Made by a program: the position numbers and the translations under genes. The notes beneath the pieces were generated by a model, which saw nothing but the letters and a program-made list of their open reading frames with translations, ran no database searches and had not been told where the DNA came from. From Nemertoderma westbladi (taxonomy: Eukaryota > Animalia > Xenacoelomorpha), in assembly GCA_032718475.1 (NCBI GenBank), contig JAUCBJ010003082.1, positions 1 through 64,000 on the forward strand: 64,000 bases of DNA, in the 5' to 3' direction. This document shows positions 53,073 to 64,000 of the stretch, one piece after another (the first letter of the stretch is position 1; each line of letters opens with the position of its first letter).

Positions 53073-54627
53073 AATATTGCACGGAACTACTCATTTAATA
53101 AATATTTAATTAGCGTTGGAATGCGAGGAATATTATCGTATTCGGTAAGCTAAACGCGACCAGCGTGATATCGGAACAAGTATGTAAAACATGTGTTCGA
53201 CATGATTGGTGAGTATAATTTGGGATGAGAGGCGAGCCATGTTGTTGGGTTGTAATATAATTATTAGGAGCGAGCCATGCTGTTGGATAGTAGCGTGATT
53301 ATATCACTATATTTGTGCCCCCGTTGGTTGATATCTTTGGTTTCATAAGGAGCTACTTCATTCTGCGACTGTCACCCCGGCATAGAATATGTTGTCTACA
53401 TATAGGATGGCTCAGTCAGCGTATCAGATATATTAAATTCAAATATTTTATCACCATCACCTTAACTCAAATTTAATTTTGAAAATATAAATCCAATGGT
53501 ATTACTAACAATAAACTAGTGGACTAAAATATGAATAATCTCGAACTAAGTAATTACTTTTTACAGCTACAAAATAATTAAGATTTTCCTTAAAGCGTTG
53601 ATTTGGCTTACAAATATCAAAATTTTATATATATTACATTTTTTGTTGTGAATATTGATACACTTTCGCTGTTAAATCTTCCACGTTGTCATGTCTTTGT
53701 TAGTTAACATTCATTTGTTTTGCCGCCGTACGTACATATCAGCAGTAACAACTTCCAAATTATTTTTGTCTAATAATTTGGAAATTTAATTTACGTTTGG
53801 CGTCTAACGTTTTTTTGCATTAGAATCTCCCACTGCGGAACCACTGAGCGGTAAAGGGGAAGCTAGTCGATCTATGAGCCGCTCAGCCCATCCCACTACC
53901 GAGCTATATTTGCTGAGCCCAGTAAATGCTACTTTAATTAGGCAATTTTCCCGGTACGCACCCAGCAGTAACCTTAGGAGTACAAAGAAGCTCCTATGGG
54001 TTAACTCACCTACATCCAAACATGATTGATCCATTAACTGAATTACAGTACCTAAGCTTCGTGAATCTATAAAAATGTATTAATCTAGAAAAGTCCACAG
54101 TGTTAGTTAAATTCATCTATTGATTTTTGTCTTTAGTAATTAATTTTTATGCGTCATTTCTTAAGTTTATGTCTCCTTAGTACCATACTATGGAAATATT
54201 ATCTTATTAACAAACGTAAATTGAATAATACTGTCTGTTCTTAAACTACGGTCGAGCTGAAACAGTAATATTATTGCTTAGGAAAAATAGTTAGTTAATC
54301 TATTCGAAAATTGAAATATTATGTAACTCAGTTATCAGCTATATTATGTATAACTTTATATGGCATGTGAGGTTTTTTAGGCGGTTGAAAATACTATACA
54401 AAGCCAGTTTTTTCCATTGGACAGGTGTTATGCCTGTTACTGGTGGACTATGTGGACGTAGATCAACGACTACGTTTATTTTCCAGTCCATATGTAAAAA
54501 AAAAACTTGAGAAAAGTTAATTATGCTCGATACATTATATTTCTTGAGTGAAGCGAGGTTAATAACATTCAAATTGTGATCATAGTGTAAATAACATTAC
54601 TTCACATAACAGTATTGTTCTCTTACA

Positions 54628-55330
54628 TGACAAAAAGCTTCCCGGACAAAAAGCTACCCCGACAAAGATAACAAGACAAAAGCTAACCAGAAGAAAGCAC
54701 AAAAGCTAGTCGCAAAAAAGCTATCCATACAAAACAAAGCTACTCGGACAAAAGCTCTCCTGACAAATCTCCCACTGCCAGATAAAAGCTCCTAGGACAA
54801 AGGCAACATGGGCAAAAGCGAGCATGAAATAAGTTACCCGAACAATAGCTAGTTGGACAAAAGCTACCCGTACAAAAGCTACCTGGACAAAAGCTACCCG
54901 GAAAAAAATACCCGAATAAATGCTAATTTGACAAAAGCTAGTCGCAAAAAAGCTATCCATACAAAAGCTATCCGGACAAAAGCTACCCGAACAAAAGCTA
55001 CCAGGACAAAACCATACCGGACGAAAGCTACCAGTAAAAACTTACTGGACAGAGCTACCCGGACGAAAGCTACCAGTAAAAATTTCCTGGACAAAAGCTT
55101 CCTGGACAAAAGCTACCCTAATAAAATCTACCTGGTCAAAAGCTACCCGGACAAATCAATACCGGACGAAAGCTTCCAGTAAAAACTTACTGGACAGAGT
55201 TGCCCGTACAAAAGCTATCTGGACAATAGCTACTCTTAATTGCTTCCCGGGCAGAAGCTACACGTACAAAAGCTACCTGGACAAAACCTACCCATACAAA
55301 AGCTACTCGGAAAAACTTCAGGACAAAATT
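54628..55330. repeat. Degenerate ~20-bp tandem repeat (ACAAAAGCTACCCGG-like), possibly a transposon subterminal array
   Basis: About 30 diverged AAAAGCTA-containing units directly abutting the next satellite. Confidence 0.85.
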
Positions 55331-55345
55331 TAATGAGCTTTTTAA

Positions 55346-58300
55346 TGTAACCTGATCTTAAATAACCAAAACTAATGTAACACTACCTTATGTAACCTGA
55401 TCTTGTAACTCGAACTAATGTAACCTTACCTTATGTAACCTGATCTTAAATAACCCAAACTAATGTAACACTACCTTATGTAACCTGATCTTGTAAGTCG
55501 AACTAAGGTAACCTTACCTTATGTAACCTGGTCTTGTAACTCGAACTAAGCTAACCTTCCCTTCTGTAACCTGATCTTAAATAACCAAACAAATGTAACC
55601 TTACCTTATGTACCCTGATCTTATGTAACCCAAACTAATTTAACCTTACCTTATGTAACCTGGTCTTGTAACTCGAACTAAGGTAACCTTACCTTCTGTA
55701 ACCTGATCTTGTAACCCAAACTAATGTAACCTTACCTTCTGTAACCTGATCTTATGTAACCCAAACTAAATTAACCTTACCTTATGTAACCTGATCTTAA
55801 ATAACCCAAACTAATGTAACACTACCTTATGTAACCTGATCTTGTAACTCAAACTAAGGTAACCTTACCTTATGTAACCTGATCTTAAATAACCCAAACT
55901 AATGTAACACTACCTTATGAAACCTGGTCTTGTAACTCGAACTAAGGTAACCTTACTTTCTGTAACCTGATCTTAAATAACCCAAACTAATGTAACACTA
56001 CCTTATGTAACCTGATCTTGTAACTCAAACTAAGGTAACCTTACCTTATGTAACCTGATCTTAAATAACCCAAACTAATGTAACACTACCTTATGAAACC
56101 TGGTCTTGTAACTCGAACTAAGGTAACCTTACCTTCTGTAACCTGATCTTAAATAACCCAAACTAATGTAACACTACCTTATGTAACCTGATCTTGTAAC
56201 TCAAACTAAGCTAACCTTACCTTATGTAACCTGATCATAAATAACCCAAACTAATGTAACCTTACCTTCTGTAACCTGATCTTATGTAACCCAAACTAAT
56301 TTAACCTTACCTTATGTAACCTGATCTTAAATAACCCAAACTAATGTAACACTACCTTATGTAACCTGATCTTGTAACTCAAACTAAGGTAACCTTACCT
56401 TATGTAACCTGATCTTAAATAACCCAAACTAATGTAACACTACCTTATGAAACCTGGTCTTGTAACTCGAACTAAGGTAACCTTACCTTCTGTAACCTGA
56501 TCTTAAATAACCCAAACTAATGTAACACTACCTTATGTAACCTGATCTTGTAACCCAAACTAATGTAACCTTACCTTCTGTAACGTGATCTTATGTAACC
56601 CAAACTAATTTAACCTTACCTTATGTAACCTGATCTTGTAAGTCGAACTAAGGTAACCTTACCTTATGTAACCTGGTCTTGTAACTCGAACTAAGCTAAC
56701 CTTCCCTTCTGTAACCTGATCTTAAATAACCAAACAAATGTAACCTTACCTTATGTACCCTGATCTTAAATGACCAAACAAATGTAACCTTACCTTCTGT
56801 AACCTGATCTTAAATAACCCAAACTAATGTAACACTACCTTATGTAACCTGATCTTGTAACTCAAACTAAGGTACCCTTACCTTCTGTAACCTGATCTTA
56901 TGTATCCCAAACTAATTTAACCTTACCTTATGTAACCTGGTCTTGTAACTCGAACTAAGGTAACCTCCTTATGTACCCTGATCTTAAATAACCAAACAAA
57001 TGTAACCTTACCTTATGTACCCTGATCTTAAATAACCAAACAAATGTAACCTTACCTTCTGTAACCTGATCTTAAATAACCCAAACTAATGTAACACTAC
57101 CTTATGTAACCTGATCTTGTAACTCAAACTAAGGTACCCTTACCTTCTGTAACCTGATCTTATGTATCCCAAACTAATTTAACCTTACCTTATGTAACCT
57201 GGTCTTGTAACTCGAACTAAGGTAACCTCCTTATGTACCCTGATCTTAAATAACCAAACAAATGTAACCTTACCTTATGTACCCTGATCTTAAATAACCA
57301 AACAAATGTAACCTTACCTTCTGTAACCTGATCTTAAATAACCCAAACTAATGTAACACTACCTTATGTAACCTGATCTTGTAACTCAAACTAAGGTACC
57401 CTTACCTTCTGTAACCTGATCTTATGTATCCCAAACTAATTTAACCTTACCTTATGAAACCTGGTCTTGTAACTCGAACTAAGGTAACCATACCTTCTCT
57501 AACCTGATCTTATGTAACCCAAACTAATTTAACCTTACCTTATGTAACCTGGTCTTGTAACTCGAACTAAGGTAACCATACCTTCTCTAACCTGATCTTA
57601 TGTAACCCAAACTAATGTAACTTTTCCTTATGTAACCTGGTCTTGTAACTCAAACTAAGGTAACCTTACCTTCTGTAACCTGATCTTATGTAACCCAAAC
57701 TAATTTAACCTTACCTTATGTAACCTGGTCTTGTAACTCGAACTAAGGTAACCATACCTTCTCTAACCTGATCTTATGTAACCCAAACTAATGTAACTTT
57801 TCCTTATGTAACCTGATCTTGTAACTCAAACTAAGGTAACCTTACCTTCTGTAACCTGATCTTAAGTAACCCAAACTAATGTAACCTTACCTTATGTACC
57901 CTGATCTTAAATAATCAAACAAATGTAACCTTATCTTATGTACCCTGAACTTAAATAACCAAACAAATGTAACCTTACCTTCTGTAACCTGATCTTATGT
58001 AACCCAAACGAATGTAACTTTTCCTTATGTAACCTGATCTTTTAACTCGAACTAATGTAACCTTACCTTCTGTAACCTGATCTTAAATAACCCAAACTAA
58101 TGTAACACTGCCTTATGTAACCTGATCTTAAGTAACCAAACTAATGCAACCTTATGTAACCTGATCTTGTAACTCTAACTAAGGTAACCTTACCTTCTGT
58201 AACCTGATCTTAAGTAACCCAAACTAATGTAACCTTACCTTATGTACCCTGATCTTAAGTAACCAAACTAATGCAACCTTATGTAGCCTGATCTTGTAAC

Positions 58301-61300
58301 TCAAACTAAGGTAATCTTACCTTCTGTAACCTGATATTAAGTAACCCAAACTAATGTAACCTTACCTTATGTACCCTGATCTTAAATAACCTAACAAATG
58401 TAACCTTATCTTATGTACCCTGAACTTAAATAACCAAACAAATGTAACCTTATGTAACCTGATCTTAATTAACCCAAACCAATGTAACCTTACCTTATGT
58501 AACCTGATCTTGTAACTCGAACTAATGTACCCTTACCTTATGTAACCTGATCTTGTAACTCAAACTAAGGTAACCTAACCTTCTGTAACCTGATCTTGTA
58601 ACTCAAACTAAGGTAACCTTACCTTCTGTAACCTGATCTTGTAACTCGAACTAATGTACCCTTACCTTATGTAACCTGATCTTGTAACTCAAACTAAGGT
58701 AACCTAACCTTCTGTAACCTAATCTTGTAACTCAAACTAAGGTAACCTTACCTTCTGTAACCTGATCTTGTAACTCGAACTAATGTATCCTTACCTTATG
58801 TAACCTGATCTTGTAACTCGAACTAATGTAACCTTACCTTATGTAACCTGATCTTAAGTAACCCAAACCAATGTAACCTTAACTTCTGTAACCTGATCTT
58901 AAATAACCCAAACTAATGTAACCTTACCTTATGTAACCTGATATTGTAACTCGAACTATTGTAACCTTGCCTTCTGTAACCTGATCTTGTAACTCAAACT
59001 AAGGTAACCTTACCTTCTGTAACCTGATCTTGTAACTCGAACTAATGTACCCTTACCTTATGTAACCTGATCTTGTAACTCAAACTAAGGTAACCTAACC
59101 TTCTGTAACCTAATCTTGTAACTCAAACTAAGGTAACCTTACCTTCTGTAACCTGATCTTGTAACTCGAACTAATGTATCCTTACCTTATGTAACCTGAT
59201 CTTGTAACTCGAACTAATGTAACCTTACCTTATGTAACCTGATCTTAAGTAACCCAAACCAATGTAACCTTACCTTCTGTAACCTGATCTTGTAACTCGA
59301 ACTAATGTATCCTTACCTTATGTAACCTGATCTTGTAACTCGAACTAATGTACCCTTACCTTATGTAACCTGATCTTGTAACTCAAACTAAGGTAACCTA
59401 ACCTTCTGTAACCTGATCTTGTAACTCAAACTAAGGTAACCTTACCTTCTGTAACCTGATCTTGTAACTCGAACTAATGTACCCTTACCTTATGTAACCT
59501 GATCTTGTAACTCAAACTAAGGTAACCTAACCTTCTGTAACCTAATCTTGTAACTCAAACTAAGGTAACCTTACCTTCTGTAACCTGATCTTGTAACTCG
59601 AACTAATGTATCCTTACCTTATGTAACCTGATCTTGTAACTCGAACTAATGTAACCTTACCTTATGTAACCTGATCTTAAGTAACCCAAACCAATGTAAC
59701 CTTACCTTATGTACCCTGATCTTAAATAACCAAACAAATTTAACATTACCTTCTGTAACCTGATCTTAAATTACCCAAACTAATGTAACACTACCTTATG
59801 TAACCTGATCTTGTAACTCAAATTAAGGTAACCATACCTTATGTAACCTGATCTTGTAACTCAAACTAAGGTAACCTTACCTTATGTAACCTGATCTTGT
59901 AACTCGAACTTATGTACCCTTACCTTATGTAACCTGATCTTGTAACTCGAACTAATGTAACCTTATATTATGTACCCTGATCTTAAATAACCAAACAAAT
60001 GTAACCTTATCTTATGTACCCTGAACTTAAATAACCAAACAAATGTAACCTTACCTTCTGTAACCTGATCTTATGTAACCCAAACGAATGTAACTTTTCC
60101 TTATGCAACCTGATCTTTTAACTCGAACTAATGTAACCTTACCTTCTGTAACCTGATCTTAAATAACCCAAACTAATGTAACACTACCTTATGTAACCTG
60201 CCTGATCTTGTAACTCGAACTAATGTAACCTTACCTTATGTAACCTGATCTTGTAATTCGAACTAATGTACCCTTACCTTATGTAACCTGATCTTAAGTA
60301 ACCCAAACCAATGTAACATTACCTTATGTAACCTGATCTTGTAACCCAAACTAATGTAACCTTACCTTATGTACCCTGATCTTAAATAACCCAAACTAAT
60401 GTAACACTACCTTATGTAACCTGATCTTGTAACTCAAAACTAAGGTGACATTACCTTATGTAACCTGATCTTGTAACTCGAACTAATGTACCCTTACCTT
60501 ATGTAACCTGATCTTGTAACTCAAACTAATGTAACCTTCTGTAACCTGATCTTAAATAACCAAACAAATGTACCCTTACCTTATGTAACCTGATCTTGTA
60601 ACTTGAACTAATGTAACCTTACCTTATGTAACCTGATCTTTTGTAACCAAACTAATGCAACCTTATGTAACCTGATCTTGTAACTCAAACTAAGTTAACC
60701 TTACCTTCTGTAACCTGATCTTAAGTAACCCAAACTAATGCAACCTTACCTTATGTACACTGAACTTAAATAACCAAACAAATGTAACCTTACCTTCTGT
60801 AACCTAATCTTAAGTAACCCAAACTAATGTAACCTTATCTTATGTACCCTGAACTTAAATAACCAAACAAATGTAACCTTACCTTCTGTAACCTGATCTT
60901 ATGTAACCCAAACGAATGTAACTTTTCCTTATGTAACCTGATCTTTTAACTCGAACTAATGTAACCTTACCTTCTGTAACCTGATTTTAAATAACCCAAA
61001 CTAATGTAACACTACCTTATGTAACCTGATCTTGTAACTCGAACTAATGTAACCTTACCTTATGTAACCTGATCTTGTAACTCGAACTAATGTACCCTTA
61101 CCTTATGTAACCTGATCTTAAGTAACCCAAACCAATGTTACCTTACCTTATGTAACCTGATCTTGTAACTCAAACTAATGTAACCTTTCCTTATGTAACC
61201 TGATCTTGTAACCCAAACTAATGTAACCTTACCTTATGTACCCTGATCTTAAATAACCCAAACTAATGTAACACTACCTTATGTAACCTGATCTTGTAAC

Positions 61301-64000
61301 TCAAACTAAGGTGACATTACCTTATGTAACCTGATCTTGTAACTCGAACTAATGTACCCTTACCTTATGTAACCTGATCTTGTAACTCAAACTAATGTAA
61401 TCTTAACTTCTGTAACCTGATCTTGTAACTCGAACTAATGTAACTTGCCTTGTGTAAACTGATCTTGTAACTCGAACTAATGTAACCTTACCTTCTGTAA
61501 CCTGATCTTAAATAACCCAAACTAATGTAACCTTACCTTATGTAACCTGATCTTGTAACTCGAACTAATGTAACCTTGCCTTGTGTAAACTGATCTTGTA
61601 ACTCAAACTAAGGTAACCTTACCTTATGTAACCTGATCTTAAGTAACCCAAACCAATGTAACCTTACCTTATGTAACCTGATCTTGTAACTCGAACTAAT
61701 GTAACCTTACCTTATGTAACCTGATCTTAAGTAACCCAAACCAATGTAACCTTAACTTCTGTAACCTGATCTTAAATAACCCAAACTAATGTAACCTTAC
61801 CTTATGTAACCTGATATTGTAACTCGAACTATTGTAACCTTGCCTTCTGTAACCTGATCTTGTAACTCAAACTAAGGTAACCTTACCTTCTGTAACCTGA
61901 TCTTGTAACTCGAACTAATGTACCCTTACCTTATGTAACCTGATCTTGTAACTCAAACTAAGGTAACCTAACCTTCTGTAACCTAATCTTGTAACTCAAA
62001 CTAAGGTAACCTTACCTTCTGTAACCTGATCTTGTAACTCGAACTAATGTATCCTTACCTTATGTAACCTGATCTTGTAACTCGAACTAATGTAACCTTA
62101 CCTTATGTAACCTGATCTTAAGTAACCCAAACCAATGTAACCTTACCTTCTGTAACCTGATCTTGTAACTCGAACTAATGTATCCTTACCTTATGTAACC
62201 TGATCTTGTAACTCGAACTAATGTACCCTTACCTTATGTAACCTGATCTTGTAACTCAAACTAAGGTAACCTAACCTTCTGTAACCTAATCTTGTAACTC
62301 AAACTAAGATAATCTTACCTTCTGTAACCTGATCTTGTAACTCGAACTAATGTACCCTTACCTTATGTAACCTGATCTTGTAACGCAAACTAAGGTAACC
62401 TAACCTTCTGTAACCTAATCTTGTAACTCAAACTAAGGTAACCTTACCTTCTGTAACCTGATCTTGTAACTCAAACTAAGGTAACCTTACCTTCTGTAAC
62501 CTGATCTTGTAACTCAAACTAAGGTAACCTTACCTTCTGTAACCTGATCTTGTAACTCGAACTAATGTATCCTTACCTTATGTAACCTGATCTTGTAACT
62601 CGAACTAATGTATCCTTACCTTATGTAACCTGATCTTGTAACTCGAACTAATGTAACCTTACCTTATGTAACCTGATCTTAAGTAACCCAAACCAATGTA
62701 ACCTTACCTTATGTACCCTGATCTTAAATAACCAAACAAATTTAACCTTACCTTCTGTAACCTGATCTTAAATAACCCAAACAAATGTAACCTTATCTTA
62801 TGTACCCTGAACTTAAATAACCAAACAAATGTAACCTTACCTTCTGTAACCTGATCTTATGTAACCCAAACGAATGTAACTTTTCCTTATGCAACCTGAT
62901 CTTTTAACTCGAACTAATGTAACCTTACCTTCTGTAACCTGATCTTAAATAACCCAAACTAATGTAACACTACCTTATGTAACCTGCCTGATCTTGTAAC
63001 TCGAACTAATGTAACCTTACCTTATGTAACCTGATCATGTAATTCGAACTAATGTACCCTTACCTTATGTAACCTGATCTTAAGTAACCCAAACCAATGT
63101 AACATTGCCTTATGTAACCTGATCTTGTAACCCAAACTAATGTAACCTTACCTTATGTACCCTGATCTTAAATAACCCAAACTAATGTAACACTACCTTA
63201 TGTAACCTGATCTTGTAACTCAAAACTAAGGTGACATTACCTTATGTAACCTGATCTTGTAACTCGAACTAATGTACCCTTACCTTATGTAACCTGATCT
63301 TGTAACTCAAACTAATGTAACCTTCTGTAACCTGATCTTAAATAACCAAACAAATGTACCCTTACCTTATGTAACCTGATCTTGTAACTTGAACTAATGT
63401 AACCTTACCTTATGTAACCTGATCTTAAGTAACCAAACTAATGCAACCTTATGTAACCTGATCTTGTAACTCAAACTAAGTTAACCTTACCTTCTGTAAC
63501 CTGATCTTAAGTAACCCAAACTAATGCAACCTTACCTTATGTACCCTGAACTTAAATAACCAAACAAATGTAACCTTGCCTTCTGTAACCTAATCTTAAG
63601 TAACCCAAACTAATGTAACCTTATCTTATGTACCCTGAACTTAAATAACCAAACAAATGTAACCTTACCTTCTGTAACCTGATCTTATGTAACCCAAACG
63701 AATGTAACTTTTCCTTATGTAACCTGATCTTTTAACTCGAACTAATGTAACCTTACCTTCTGTAACCTGATTATAAATAACCCAAACTAATGTAACACTA
63801 CCTTATGTAACCTGATCTTGTAACTCGAACTAATGTAACCTTACCTTATGTAACCTGATCTTGTAACTCGAACTAATGTACCCTTACCTTATGTAACCTG
63901 ATCTTAAGTAACCCAAACCAATGTTACCTTACCTTATGTAACCTGATCTTGTAACTCAAACTAATGTAACCTTTCCTTATGTAACCTGATCTTGTAACCC
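55346..64000. repeat. 43-45-bp satellite built from three 13-15-bp TGTAAC sub-repeats, continues beyond the window end
   Basis: Consensus TGTAACCTGATCT-TGTAACTCGAACTAA-TGTAACCTTACCTTA, with variant modules such as TAAATAACCCAAACTAA and CAAACTAAGG. Confidence 0.98.

Noticed and set aside
54721-55182. ORFs in the AAAAGCTACC repeat region, and the Arg-rich ORF at 39851-40045
   Set aside because: Low-complexity translations of tandem repeats or the (GTC)n microsatellite.
55346-64000. True telomere (TTAGG or TTAGGG)
   Set aside because: No uninterrupted telomeric runs; the sequence is a complex 43-45-bp monomer.

Overview
Repeat-rich eukaryotic DNA, most consistent with an invertebrate bilaterian animal (inferred from the BEL/Pao, CRE and hAT elements and the CTCF-like motifs; the species cannot be identified). 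Three satellites occupy about half the window: a 43-bp array (1-14.6 kb), a 19-bp array (43.5-51.6 kb) and a 43-45-bp TGTAAC-based array (55.3-64 kb). Between them are two single-exon housekeeping genes (MTHFD1-type C1-THF synthase and neuroguidin/Lcp5), a 351-aa orphan ORF preceded by an RFX X-box, and a 14.6-kb minus-strand BEL/Pao retrotransposon with odd ends (probably a ~4-kb 3' LTR, a 196-bp 5' remnant and no canonical tRNA primer site). There are also nested non-autonomous DNA transposons with clear TIRs and TSDs, a 5'-truncated CRE-clade LINE inserted in a satellite, and a Helentron-associated-like element carrying nine co-oriented, ~146-bp-spaced CTCF-type motifs just upstream of neuroguidin. 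TA-GGCC-TA and TA-CCGG-TA micro-palindromes recur, and comparison of repeat copies shows at least one to be an insertion/deletion difference at a TA. All calls were made by eye; no database searches were run.
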